Notes: generated from the sequence alone by a model not told the origin. A stretch of DNA of 64,000 bases from Gaiellaceae bacterium (GCA_036376615.1 DASUZZ010000010.1:4614-68613); one strand, 5' to 3'; counted from the first letter of the stretch, positions 10,112 to 21,421 are shown. Numbers and translations are program-made.

Positions 10112-10462
10112 ATGTCCTATGCGATCGAGCACGGCTCGACCCGCACCGGCCGCTGGTTTCGCCAGCAGCGTCTGAAGATCACCCTCGGGGTCGCCGCATT
10201 CGAGGGGCTGCTGTATCTGATCGGCGTGCTCGGCTGGTGGGAGGCATTCCTCTTCGCTGCAATCGCGAGCGCCCTCTGGTGGTTCCTGGGCCGCGGCAGC
10301 CGCTCGGACGTCGTGCGCGAGGTCACGTGGATACTGGCTGCGTCGCAGCTGATCGTGCTCTGTGTGCCGCTCGCGCTCGGGCTCGTCAAGGCGGTGGCGA
10401 TCGCCGTCGTCGCCCTGCTCGCCGTGGTCGCGCTGGTCTTCCTGTTCACCGAGCGCCGGTAG
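10112..10462 (+). CDS. Small integral membrane protein, function unknown
   Basis: ATG 10112 is in frame in ORF 9989-10462. There are three hydrophobic helices (GVLGWWEAFLFAAIASALWWFL, ILAASQLIVLCVPLALGLV, AIAVVALLAVVALVFLF). Confidence 0.6.
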   Translation: MSYAIEHGSTRTGRWFRQQRLKITLGVAAFEGLLYLIGVLGWWEAFLFAAIASALWWFLGRGSRSDVVREVTWILAASQLIVLCVPLALGLVKAVAIAVVALLAVVALVFLFTERR

Positions 10463-10471
10463 ACCCACACC

Positions 10472-10477
10472 TATACT
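10472..10477 (+). promoter_or_regulatory. -10-like hexamer TATACT, 10 nt upstream of tRNA-Gln
   Basis: This is a near-consensus -10 in otherwise GC-rich DNA. I found no convincing -35. Confidence 0.3.
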
Positions 10478-10487
10478 CGGGGCGCAG

Positions 10488-10561
10488 TGGGGCGTAGCCA
10501 AGCGGTAAGGCAGCGGGTTTTGGTCCCGCGATCCCAGGTTCGAATCCTGGCGCCCCAGCCA
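10488..10561 (+). tRNA. tRNA-Gln (anticodon UUG), CCA encoded
   Basis: Cloverleaf folded by hand. Acceptor TGGGGCG/CGCCCCA, anticodon stem GCGGG/CCCGC with loop TT-TTG-GT, T-arm CCAGG-TTCGAAT-CCTGG, discriminator G plus CCA. It closely resembles E. coli tRNA-Gln. Confidence 0.93.
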
Positions 10562-10582
10562 TCTCGCTGACCTGGCGACGAC

Positions 10583-11917
10583 ATGCCCGACCCGCCGCTC
10601 GCAGCCCTGATCATGGCCGGAGGCCTCGGCACCCGGATGCGCTCGTCCGTGCCGAAGCACTTCCACCCGATCCTCGGCCGGCGGCTCGTCGACTGGGTGA
10701 TCGCGAGCGCCGCCGCGACCGGGTCGGAGCCGATCGTCGTCGTCGCCTCGCCGACGGGCCGCGATGCGTTCGGCGACCAGGACGTCACCGTCGCGGTGCA
10801 GGCGGAGCCCCTCGGGACGGGCGACGCTGCGCGGTCGGCGCGCGAGGCGCTCGCCGGACACGACGGCGATGTGCTCGTGCTCTCCGGCGACACGCCGCTG
10901 CTGACGCCGGAGCTGCTCGAGGCGCTCGTCGACACGCACCGCTCGACCCGTGCCGCGGCGACGATCCTCACCGCGAAGCCATCCGATCCCCGCCTCTACG
11001 GGCGGATCGTCCGCGGTGACGACGGTTCGGTGATCCGGATCGCGGAGGGCACGGATGCGACCACCGACGAGCTCGAGCTCGACGAGATCAATTCGTCGAT
11101 CTACGTCTTCCGTTCGGACGCGCTCTGGCCGGCGCTCGAGCGGCTGCAGCCGAAGAACGCGCAGGGCGAGCTGTACCTCACCGATGCGATCGGCGTGCTC
11201 ACCGGCGACGGAGCGCTCGTATCCGCGCACCTCGCGCCGGATCCCGACGAGGCCGAGGGCGTGAACACGCGGGTCGAGCTCGCGGTCGCCGGGGGGGTGC
11301 TGCGCGACCGGATCAACGAACGCCACATGCTGGCCGGCGTGACGATCGTCGACCCGTCGAGCACGTGGATCGACCCGACGGTCGAGATCGGCCGAGACGT
11401 CACGGTCGACCCGTTCACCGTGCTGCGCGGCCGCACGCGCGTCGGCGAAGGGGCCGAGATCCGTCCGCACACGGTCGCGGTGGACAGCGAGATCGGCGCG
11501 CGAGCCGTCGTCGGGCCGTTCTGTTACCTTCGCCCCGGAACGACCCTCGGCGAGTCCTCGAAGGCAGGCACCTACGTGGAGATCAAGAACTCGCGCATCG
11601 GTGACCGCACGAAGGTCCCGCACCTCTCGTACATCGGCGATGCCGACATCGGCCCGGACACGAACATCGGCGCCGGCAACATCACCGCGAACTACAGCCA
11701 TCGCCCCGGCGAGCCGAAGAAGAGGACGACGATCGGCGGCAACGTCAGAACCGCGATTCACAATGGGTTCGTCGCTCCAGTGGAGGTGGGTGACGGCGCA
11801 TGGATTGCCGCCGGATCGGTGATCACGAAAGATGTTCCGGCCGGGGCACTCGCGATCGCGAGGCAGCGGCAGGAGAACAAGGAGGGGTATGCAGCCCGGA
11901 AGCAGCGCGACGAGTGA
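10583..11917 (+). CDS. glmU: Bifunctional UDP-N-acetylglucosamine diphosphorylase / glucosamine-1-phosphate N-acetyltransferase
   Basis: 444 aa. LIMAGGLGTRMRSSVPKHFHPILG nucleotidyltransferase motif with a C-terminal left-handed beta-helix of hexapeptide repeats. Confidence 0.95.
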   Translation: MPDPPLAALIMAGGLGTRMRSSVPKHFHPILGRRLVDWVIASAAATGSEPIVVVASPTGRDAFGDQDVTVAVQAEPLGTGDAARSAREALAGHDGDVLVLSGDTPLLTPELLEALVDTHRSTRAAATILTAKPSDPRLYGRIVRGDDGSVIRIAEGTDATTDELELDEINSSIYVFRSDALWPALERLQPKNAQGELYLTDAIGVLTGDGALVSAHLAPDPDEAEGVNTRVELAVAGGVLRDRINERHMLAGVTIVDPSSTWIDPTVEIGRDVTVDPFTVLRGRTRVGEGAEIRPHTVAVDSEIGARAVVGPFCYLRPGTTLGESSKAGTYVEIKNSRIGDRTKVPHLSYIGDADIGPDTNIGAGNITANYSHRPGEPKKRTTIGGNVRTAIHNGFVAPVEVGDGAWIAAGSVITKDVPAGALAIARQRQENKEGYAARKQRDE

Positions 11918-12953
11918 GCTTGCCCTCCCGGGCCTCGAGGCGCTCGAGCCCGTGACGCAGCCTGCCCCCGGCCACTGGCTCGAGCGCGGGCCGCGGAAGC
12001 GGCTGATGGTGTTCAGCGGCCGCTCGCATCCTGCGCTCGCGGAGCGGATCGTCGAGCAGTTCGGCGTCGAGCTCGGCGAGATCGACCTCGGCACGTTCGC
12101 GAACGGCGAGACGTATTGCCGCTACGACGAGTCGATCCGCGGCGCCGACGTCTTCCTCGTGCAGACCGGCTGTGCGCCGGTCGACCGAAACGTGATGGAG
12201 CTCGTCTTCATGATCCAGGCGGCCAAACTGGCGTCGGCGAAGCGGATCACTGCCGTCATTCCGCTCTTCCCCTACGCCCGCCAGGACCGGAAGGCGAAGC
12301 CGCGCGAGCCGATCTCGGCGCGGCTGATCGCCGACATGCTCCAGCTGGCCGGCGCCGACCGGGTGCTGACGATGGACCTCCACGCCGGCCAGATCCAGGG
12401 GTTCTTCACCATCCCGGTCGACCACATGACCGCGCTGCCGCTCTTCGCTCGGCACTTCCGCGATCTCGGGCTCACCGGGGACGACGTCGTCTCGGTGTCG
12501 CCCGACGCAGGGCGCGCGAAGATGGCCGTGCGGTTCGCCGAGATGATCGACGCGGGGTTCGCGCTGATGCACAAGACGCGCCCGGCCCACGACGTCGCCG
12601 AGGTGACCGAGATCACCGGCCGCGTGCGCGGCAAGAAGGCCGTCCTCGGGGACGACGTGATCATGACCGGCGGCACGCTGCTCGCGAACGTCAACGCCCT
12701 CAGGCAGCACGGCGTCGAGGACGTCTGGGTGTTCGCGACCCACGGCCTGTTCTGCGGCGGCGCGCTCGAGCGCTTCGCCGATGCCGGGATCGAGGGGATC
12801 GTCGTCACCGACACCGTCCCGATCGATCCGATCGCGAAGCCCGAGAACCTGACGGTGCTGACCGTCGCCCCGCTGCTCGCCGAGACGATCATGAACGTCT
12901 TCGCCGACGACTCGGTCAGCGCCATCTTCGGCGGCGAGAATCAACTCTTTTAG
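11889..12953 (+). CDS. prs: Ribose-phosphate pyrophosphokinase
   Basis: MVFSGRSHPALAERIVEQFGVELGEIDLGTFANGETYCRYDESIRGADVFLVQ plus a PRPP loop. I chose ATG 11889 because AAGGAGGGG lies 3 nt upstream. ATG 12006 is an alternative start. Confidence 0.9.
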   Translation: MQPGSSATSELALPGLEALEPVTQPAPGHWLERGPRKRLMVFSGRSHPALAERIVEQFGVELGEIDLGTFANGETYCRYDESIRGADVFLVQTGCAPVDRNVMELVFMIQAAKLASAKRITAVIPLFPYARQDRKAKPREPISARLIADMLQLAGADRVLTMDLHAGQIQGFFTIPVDHMTALPLFARHFRDLGLTGDDVVSVSPDAGRAKMAVRFAEMIDAGFALMHKTRPAHDVAEVTEITGRVRGKKAVLGDDVIMTGGTLLANVNALRQHGVEDVWVFATHGLFCGGALERFADAGIEGIVVTDTVPIDPIAKPENLTVLTVAPLLAETIMNVFADDSVSAIFGGENQLF

Positions 12954-13213
12954 TCGGGGAGAGAACCGACGGTTCTCTCCCCAAGGCCCCTCTCTCCCTT
13001 GGCGCACGTCCGTGCAACGCGCTATTGGTCTCCCGCCGGGCAAAGCCCGGCTCCGGCCGCAACGGTGAGCATTCGTACGACGGAACTGTGAGGGTGACGG
13101 TGACCGTCGAGACCGAAGCCGAGCTTGGCTCGGCGAGAGGTCAGGCGCGGGTCGCGTTGGCGCGCGAACAGGGAGAGAGGGGCATTGGGGGGAGAACCGC
13201 AGGTTCTTCCCCC
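12952..13213. repeat. Structured intergenic element, copy 1 (hairpin - 13-bp long-range helix enclosing about 170 nt - hairpin); MITE-like or sRNA
   Basis: - Left hairpin: perfect 12-bp, GGGGAGAGAACC-GAC-GGTTCTCTCCCC (12956-12982).
- Long-range helix: GCCCCTCTCTCCC (12986-12998) pairs perfectly with GGGAGAGAGGGGC (13171-13183).
- Right hairpin: 12-bp, GGGGGGAGAACC-GCA-GGTTCTTCCCCC (13187-13213).
- Internal hairpins: 13034-13050 and 13118-13134.
- The two ends form roughly 50-bp imperfect terminal inverted repeats. Confidence 0.6.
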
Positions 13214-13231
13214 AAGCTAATATGGGCGGCC

Positions 13232-13909
13232 GTGCCGTCGGAGCGCCATCAACTGCCGGTCTCGCACCGGGACGTGCTCGGCTCCGCCGAGTCCCGCCGG
13301 CTGCGCCGGCAGGGGCTCGTGCCCGGGATCCTCTACGGCCGCGAGCGGCCCGTGGCGATCACCGTCCCCGAGCGCGACCTGCGCGCCGCGTTGACGACCG
13401 ACGGCGGGCTGAATGCGGTGCTCGACGTGGTCGTCGACGACGCGGGGAAAGCACATCCGTCGGTACTCAAGGAGTTCCAGCGCGACGCCGTCCGCGGCGT
13501 GATCACGCACGTCGACCTGCAGGAGGTTCGCCTCGACCAGCCGATCCACGCGACCGTGCCGGTCGCGCTCGTCGGGGAGGCGGTCGGCGTCAAGGAAGGC
13601 GGCGTGCTCTCCCAGGTGACGATCGAGGTGAACGTCGAGGCGCTACCGATGGAGGTGCCTCAGCATCTCGATCTCGACGTGTCGACGCTCGGGATCGGCG
13701 ACACGGCGCGTCTCGACGCGCTGGACGTCCCCGAGGGCGTCAGGCTGCTCGACGACCCGGACACCGTGCTCGCGAGCGTCACGCACGCGACCCGCGTCGA
13801 GGAGCCCGAGGAAGAGGCACCCGCCGAGGGCGAGGCCGCCGAGCCCGGCGCGGAGCCCGAAGCCGAAGCCGAGGCCGCCGCCGAGAGCGACGGCGACGCC
13901 GAGAGCTAG
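13232..13909 (+). CDS. rplY: 50S ribosomal protein L25 / general stress protein Ctc, with acidic C-terminal tail
   Basis: GTG 13232 is in frame with ORF 12116-13909. GSAESRRLRRQGLVPGILYG and the VITHVDLQEV motif are present, with an EAE-rich tail. Confidence 0.9.
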   Translation: MPSERHQLPVSHRDVLGSAESRRLRRQGLVPGILYGRERPVAITVPERDLRAALTTDGGLNAVLDVVVDDAGKAHPSVLKEFQRDAVRGVITHVDLQEVRLDQPIHATVPVALVGEAVGVKEGGVLSQVTIEVNVEALPMEVPQHLDLDVSTLGIGDTARLDALDVPEGVRLLDDPDTVLASVTHATRVEEPEEEAPAEGEAAEPGAEPEAEAEAAAESDGDAES

Positions 13910-13916
13910 AGACTTG

Positions 13917-14507
13917 ATGCGGCTCTGGCCGCGCCGTCAGGGCACCTCGCTCGATCTGCTCGTCGCCGGACTGGGCAACCCCGGCAGCGAGTACGCACAC
14001 AACCGCCACAACGTCGGCCGGCTCGTCGTGGACGAGCTCGCGCGCAGGCACGACGGGAGCTGGCGCTCGAAGTTCAACGGCCGCATCGCCGAGGTGCGCA
14101 TCGACGGCCACAAGGTCGCGCTGCTGAAGCCCGAGACGTACATGAACGACTCCGGGCGCTCCGTCCAGGCTGCCGCGCGCTTCTACAAGATCGAGCCCGA
14201 CGCCGTGCTCGTCGTCCACGACGAGAGCGACCTCGAACTGGGGCGGCTGCAGCTGCGGCACGGCGGCGGCCTCGCGGGACACAACGGGCTGCGCTCGGTC
14301 GCTGGTGGGCTCGGCGGCGCCGGGTTCCTGCGCCTTCGCGTCGGCGTGGGGAGGCCGGAGCGCGGCGACCCGCGCAAGCTCGCCGACTGGGTGCTGTCGG
14401 ACTTCGCTCCGCACGAGGACGCAGAGTCGATCGTGAGCCGTGCCGCCGACGCGGTCGAGGCGCTCGACGCCGACGGGCTCGAGGCGGCACAGCGGAAGGT
14501 GAATTGA
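13917..14507 (+). CDS. pth: Peptidyl-tRNA hydrolase
   Basis: LLVAGLGNPGSEYAHNRHNVG and GHNGLRS motifs. A TTG at 13914 is also possible as the start. Confidence 0.93.
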   Translation: MRLWPRRQGTSLDLLVAGLGNPGSEYAHNRHNVGRLVVDELARRHDGSWRSKFNGRIAEVRIDGHKVALLKPETYMNDSGRSVQAAARFYKIEPDAVLVVHDESDLELGRLQLRHGGGLAGHNGLRSVAGGLGGAGFLRLRVGVGRPERGDPRKLADWVLSDFAPHEDAESIVSRAADAVEALDADGLEAAQRKVN

Positions 14508-17500
14508 CGACCGTCGTGCCGACGATGCTCTCGGGGCTCGTCGAGCGGCTCCGGAACGAGGAGCGGCTGCAGGAGTACGCTGCCGCGTTCCCGGAGCGCG
14601 CGCGCGTGTCGGAGCCGATCCTGCCGCTCGTCCTCGCCGCGCTCCACATCGAGCTCGGTCGCGGGCTCGTCGTGCTCCTGCCGGAAGACGCCGATGCACG
14701 CGACACGGCCGAGGCCGCGGGCTGGTTCCTAGGCGACGAGGCGGTGGCGCTCTTCCCGTCGCGCGGCGTCCACTTCGGCTCGGGCCTCGAGCCGCCGCCG
14801 CACCTCGTCGGCGAGCGGGCGCGGGCGCTCGAGGTGCTCGAGCGCGGCGGCCTGGTCTGCGCGTCGGCCGTCGCCGTCGCCGAGGGACTGCCGCCGCCGG
14901 CTGCACGGCCCGCGGCGCTCCGCGTGGCGCGCGGCGACGAGCCCGGCCTCGAGAGCCTCGCCGAGCATCTGTCGTCCGCCGGGTACGAGCGCGTCGAACG
15001 CGTCGAGGAGCGCGGCCAGTTCGCCGTCCGCGGCGGACTCGTCGACGTCTTCGGGACGACGGGGCGCGAGCCGCTGCGCATCGAGTTGTTCGGCGACGAG
15101 ATCGAGCAGATCCGGGTGTTCTCGCCGTTCACGCAGCGCGCGTTGCGGCAGGTCGACGAGGCGGTCGTCTTTCCTGCGGCCGAGCGGCGCCGCGAGCTGC
15201 TCGAGCCGGATCTCGGCGCGGAGGACGAGGGCGCTCCCGTACCCGTCCCCGGCGATCTCGTGCCGCCGCTTGCCTGCCGGCCCGACGTCGTGTGGCAGCT
15301 CGATGAGGTGCTCGCGGTCTGGGCGGAGGAGGGGCTGCCCGCGATCGCGCTCGACGGCGCCGCGGAGGTCGGCTCGCTGCCGCAGGGCCAGCGGTTCAGC
15401 TTCGACGCGCAGCGGCCCGCGCTCGCCGCACGCGGACTGTCCGAGGCCGAGAACGAGCTCGGCGGCCTCCTGCGCCAGGAGCTGGACGTCGTCGTCACGT
15501 TCCCGCACCGGGGCGAGGCGCTCCGCCAGCAGCAGCTGCTGCGGCGCGTCTCCGCGACGATGCTCGAGCCGGGCGACGGCCCCGCCGGTCTGTCGTTCGC
15601 CGTCTCGCCCGCGCGGCGCGGGTTCGTCTGGCGGGACCTGGGCGTCGCGCTGCTCCCGGACACGCAGGTGTTCCGCAAGAAGCCGTCGCGTGCTGCGGCC
15701 GCGCCGGGACGTGCGCTCCAGAGCTTCTCCGACCTCCGCACGAGCGATTACGTCGTGCACGAGGACCACGGCGTCGCCCAGCTGCTCGGCTTCGAGACGA
15801 AGGAGGTCGCCGGCGTCACGCGCGACTACCTGCTGCTCGCGTTCCGCGGCGACGACCGCGTCTACGTCCCGCACGAGCAGATCGGGAAGGTGAGCCGCTA
15901 CATCGGCGCCGACGCGCGCGCTCCGGCCCTCTCGAAGCTCGGCGGCAAGGCGTGGGACAACCTGAAGTCGCGCGCACGGGAGCACCTGCGCGAGCTCGCG
16001 GGCGACCTGCTGCAGCTCTACGCGCAGCGGCAGACGCAGCCCGGCGTGGCGTACGACGTCGAGAGCGAGTGGCTCGAGCAGCTCGAGGCCGAGTTTCCCT
16101 ACCGCGAGACCGAGGACCAGCGCACCGCGATCGAGGCGGTCATGGAGGACCTGGAGGCGCCACGCCCGATGGATCGCCTCGTCTGCGGCGACGTCGGGTT
16201 CGGCAAGACCGAGGTGGCCCTGCGCGCCGCGTTCGCAGTCGCCGTCTCCGGCAAGCAGATCCTCATGCTCGTCCCGACGACGGTGCTCGCGCAGCAGCAC
16301 TGGAACACGTTCAGGGAGCGCTACCGCGACTTCCCCGTCCGCGTCGAGATGGTCTCGCGCTTCCGCAGGCCCGCGGACGTCAAGCGCGTGCTCGCCGAGT
16401 TCGCCGACGGCAAAGTCGAGGTGCTGATCGGAACGCACCGCGTCCTGTCGCGCGACGTGATCCCGAAGGAGCTCGGCCTGGTGATCGTCGACGAGGAGCA
16501 GCGCTTCGGCGTGGCGCAGAAGGAGCTCCTCCGGTCGCTCCGACTCGAGGTGGACGTGCTCGCGCTGTCGGCGACACCGATCCCGCGAACGCTCCACATG
16601 TCGCTCTCCGGCCTCCGTGACATCTCGGTGATCGAGACGCCTCCCGAGGGCCGCCGCCCGATCCGCACGTTCGTCGGCGAGATCGACGACGAGCTGATCA
16701 AGCAGGCGCTCGAACGTGAGGTGGCGCGAAACGGCCAGGCGTTCTACCTGCACAACCGCGTCGAGACGATCGACGAGGCCGCCGAGAAACTGCGGCAGCT
16801 GTGCCCCGGCCTGCGCTTCCTGGTCGCGCACGGGCAGATGCGCGAGCGTGAGCTCGAGGACAAGATGCTCACGTTCCTGGCAGGCGACGCCGACGTGCTC
16901 GTCTCTACGACGATCATCGAGTCCGGGCTCGACATCCCGCAGGCGAACACGCTCGTCGTCGAGCGGGCCGACCTGCTCGGGCTCGCGCAGCTCTACCAGA
17001 TCCGCGGCCGCGTCGGGCGGAGCGACCTGCTCGCGCACGCGTACCTCTTCTATCCCGACCAGTCGGAGCTCACGCCGGAATCCCGTGCCCGCCTGGCGAC
17101 CCTCGCCGACCACACGGAGCTCGGCGCGGGCTTCGCGATCGCGATGCGCGACCTCGAGATCCGCGGGGCCGGCGACCTGCTCGGCGCCGAGCAGTCCGGT
17201 CACGTCGCCGCGCTGGGCTTCGAGCTGTACGTCGAGATGCTCCACGAGGCGGTCGCGGAGCTGAGCGGACAGCGTCGCGTGGCGGCTCGCCCGGTGCGCG
17301 TCGACGTGCGCGTCGACGCCTATGTTCCCGCCGGGTACATCGCCGCCGAGGCGCTGAAGATCGACCTGCACCGGCGGATCGCCCTCACCGAGTCGGAGGA
17401 CGAGCTGCACGAGCTCCGGGTGGGCACCGAGGACCGGTACGGGCCGATGCCCGAGCCCGTCTCGAACCTGTTCGCGATCCAGGATGCGAAGCTCAAGCTC

Positions 17501-17713
17501 GCCCGCCTCGGTGCCGACTACCTGATCTTCCGGGGGGGCCGTGCGTCGGTCGGGCCGGTCATCCTCGGGTCGACGGAACTGCGCGAATTGCGGTCCCTGG
17601 TCGACACCGCGGTGTACTCCTCAGGAACCCGTGAAGTGTCATTAAGGCACGGTGAATTCAAGGGGGCGCTCGATTTGGTCGATGCTATGCTGGCGGCGCG
17701 CCGGGCGGCCTAG
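14504..17713 (+). CDS. mfd: Transcription-repair coupling factor
   Basis: 1069 aa. It has a UvrB-homology N-terminus, a CarD-like domain (DYVVHEDHGVAQ), and superfamily-2 helicase motifs GDVGFGKTEVA and VIVDEEQRFGV. The TTG start overlaps the pth stop. Confidence 0.95.
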   Translation: MTTVVPTMLSGLVERLRNEERLQEYAAAFPERARVSEPILPLVLAALHIELGRGLVVLLPEDADARDTAEAAGWFLGDEAVALFPSRGVHFGSGLEPPPHLVGERARALEVLERGGLVCASAVAVAEGLPPPAARPAALRVARGDEPGLESLAEHLSSAGYERVERVEERGQFAVRGGLVDVFGTTGREPLRIELFGDEIEQIRVFSPFTQRALRQVDEAVVFPAAERRRELLEPDLGAEDEGAPVPVPGDLVPPLACRPDVVWQLDEVLAVWAEEGLPAIALDGAAEVGSLPQGQRFSFDAQRPALAARGLSEAENELGGLLRQELDVVVTFPHRGEALRQQQLLRRVSATMLEPGDGPAGLSFAVSPARRGFVWRDLGVALLPDTQVFRKKPSRAAAAPGRALQSFSDLRTSDYVVHEDHGVAQLLGFETKEVAGVTRDYLLLAFRGDDRVYVPHEQIGKVSRYIGADARAPALSKLGGKAWDNLKSRAREHLRELAGDLLQLYAQRQTQPGVAYDVESEWLEQLEAEFPYRETEDQRTAIEAVMEDLEAPRPMDRLVCGDVGFGKTEVALRAAFAVAVSGKQILMLVPTTVLAQQHWNTFRERYRDFPVRVEMVSRFRRPADVKRVLAEFADGKVEVLIGTHRVLSRDVIPKELGLVIVDEEQRFGVAQKELLRSLRLEVDVLALSATPIPRTLHMSLSGLRDISVIETPPEGRRPIRTFVGEIDDELIKQALEREVARNGQAFYLHNRVETIDEAAEKLRQLCPGLRFLVAHGQMRERELEDKMLTFLAGDADVLVSTTIIESGLDIPQANTLVVERADLLGLAQLYQIRGRVGRSDLLAHAYLFYPDQSELTPESRARLATLADHTELGAGFAIAMRDLEIRGAGDLLGAEQSGHVAALGFELYVEMLHEAVAELSGQRRVAARPVRVDVRVDAYVPAGYIAAEALKIDLHRRIALTESEDELHELRVGTEDRYGPMPEPVSNLFAIQDAKLKLARLGADYLIFRGGRASVGPVILGSTELRELRSLVDTAVYSSGTREVSLRHGEFKGALDLVDAMLAARRAA

Positions 17714-17726
17714 ACGGCGCTTTTCT

Positions 17727-18764
17727 ATGCAGAAGTACATCCTCCGAATCGCGTTTCTTCTCGCCGGCGCGGCGCTGCTCGCGGCGTGCGGCGGCGGCTC
17801 GAGCGCGTCGCTCTCGAGCGGCGACGTGGCGGTCGTCGGAGACCAGCACATCACCCAGGAGCAGTACAACCAGCTGCTCGCCCAGGCGAAGCTGTCGTTC
17901 AAGCAGAACGGCCGGACGTTCCCGAAGGAGGGGACGACGGCCTTCGAGGCGGTCAAGACCGAGGTGATCGACCTGCTGGTGCAGGAGTCCGAGCGCGAGC
18001 AGCGCGCCAAGGCTGAGGGCATCACGGTCTCCGACCAGCAGATCTCGAATCGGCTCACGTCGATCAAGAAGCAGTACTTCGGCGGCGACCAGAAGAAGTA
18101 CCTCGCGCAGCTCAAGAAGGAGCAGCTCACCGAGGCGCAGGTGCGCCAGTCGATCAAGCAGCAGCTGATCGCCGAGGCGCTCCAGAACAAGGTCACCGGG
18201 AACATCCAGGTGTCCGACGCCGAGGTGCACGACTATTACAAGTCTCATTCTCAGTCGTACGCGACGCCCGAGTCGCGGAGCGTGCGCTACATCCTCGTCA
18301 AGTCGAAGCCGACGGCCGACCAGCTGTACAACCAGCTGAAGAGCGGCACGAGCAAGACCTGGTGCACGCTGGCGAAGAAGTACTCGCTCGATCCGAGCTC
18401 GAAGGGAACCTGCGGCCAGAGCAGCTTCACCAAGGGCCAGACCGTCGCGGCGTTCGACAAGCTGCTCTTCGCGGCGCCGATCAACCAGGTGCAGAAGCCG
18501 ATCCACAGCGCGCAGTACGGCTGGTTCGTGATGGAGCCGACGTCGAAGGTCAAGCCGAAGAGCATCACGCCCGAGGCCAAGGTCACCTCGTCGATCAAGC
18601 AGACGCTGCTCGGCCAGAAGAAGACGACGGCCGTGAACAACTGGGCGAGCGACCTGCAGAAGAGCTTCTGCAAGGGCTCGAAGATCTCGTACCAGACCGG
18701 GTACCAGCCGAGCCCGGATCCGTGCGCGCCGCCCGCGTCGACGAACGCGACGACCACCGGCTAG
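17727..18764 (+). CDS. Lipoprotein parvulin-type peptidyl-prolyl isomerase (PrsA/SurA-like)
   Basis: ATG 17727. The lipobox is LLAGAALLAAC-GGG. A SurA-N-like helical region is followed by a PpiC/parvulin domain (VRYILVKSK...KKYSLDPSSK...GWFVMEP). The protein is Lys-rich and Arg-poor, and local GC is lower. Confidence 0.85.
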   Translation: MQKYILRIAFLLAGAALLAACGGGSSASLSSGDVAVVGDQHITQEQYNQLLAQAKLSFKQNGRTFPKEGTTAFEAVKTEVIDLLVQESEREQRAKAEGITVSDQQISNRLTSIKKQYFGGDQKKYLAQLKKEQLTEAQVRQSIKQQLIAEALQNKVTGNIQVSDAEVHDYYKSHSQSYATPESRSVRYILVKSKPTADQLYNQLKSGTSKTWCTLAKKYSLDPSSKGTCGQSSFTKGQTVAAFDKLLFAAPINQVQKPIHSAQYGWFVMEPTSKVKPKSITPEAKVTSSIKQTLLGQKKTTAVNNWASDLQKSFCKGSKISYQTGYQPSPDPCAPPASTNATTTG

Positions 18765-18785
18765 CGCGCCCGCTAGGTTCTCGGC

Positions 18786-20848
<2,063 letters not shown>

Positions 20849-20912
20849 GGCTCCGCTCCGGCACCGGCGAAGCCGGCACCTCTGCTCCTGGTGAGCTCCG
20901 TCGAGCCGATGC

Positions 20913-21326
20913 TCACGCGGCGGAACGGAGCCTGCTCGCCGTCAGCAGGCGCTCCAGCGAGGCCAGGGTCTCGCGGGCCGTCCGCCGAAGCCCGACGTGG
21001 CGCACCACGCCGCCCGGGTCGACGATCATCGTGATCCGCCGGGTCTCCTCGACGCTCGTGAGCAACGGGAAGCGCGCCCGATCGCCGCGGTAGCGGTCGG
21101 CCGTCTCGTGCCAATCGTGCGGCGTCGTGGCGAGCACGACGGCGCCGTCGGCCGCGAACGTCTCCTCGAGCTCGGCGAGCTCCCGGGCGTCGAAACGCCG
21201 GGCGCCGAACGCGACTACGAGCCACGCTCCACGGTAGTCGGCAAGGCTGATCCGCCGCCGTTCCTCGCCGCGCGTGTAGGCGTCGGCCTCGACGTTCGGT
21301 GCGGCACTTCCGATCGCGATGAACAT
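20913..21326 (-). CDS. Peroxiredoxin/AhpC-TSA-fold protein lacking any cysteine
   Basis: 137 aa. The layout IGSAAP...ISLADYRGAWLVVAF....FPLLTS....IVDPGGVVRHV follows the Prx/BCP fold. The PxxxTxxC active-site stretch is replaced by GARRFDARE, and the protein contains no Cys. Confidence 0.55.
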   Translation of the reverse strand: MFIAIGSAAPNVEADAYTRGEERRRISLADYRGAWLVVAFGARRFDARELAELEETFAADGAVVLATTPHDWHETADRYRGDRARFPLLTSVEETRRITMIVDPGGVVRHVGLRRTARETLASLERLLTASRLRSAA

Positions 21327-21406
21327 GACCGTACGGTACGCCGGAGCCGCGCCGACGTCGTCGTCGGCCGGGACGATCTTCTCCTCGTTCCCGAGGACGA
21401 GTCATC

Positions 21407-21412
21407 TACTCT
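21407..21412 (+). promoter_or_regulatory. -10-like hexamer TACTCT, 9 nt upstream of the pyk ATG (leaderless candidate)
   Basis: TANNNT match. There is no Shine-Dalgarno sequence before ATG 21422. Confidence 0.25.
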
Positions 21413-21421
21413 GGACGCGAA

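Noticed and set aside
12983-13186. 6S RNA, SRP RNA or another known housekeeping RNA in the prs-rplY spacer.
   Set aside because: The closing helix and length are superficially 6S-like, but I see no SRP domain-IV motif and no recognisable 6S central-bubble pattern. A homologous shorter copy at 36.4 kb points to a repeat family instead. This cannot be settled without covariance-model searches.
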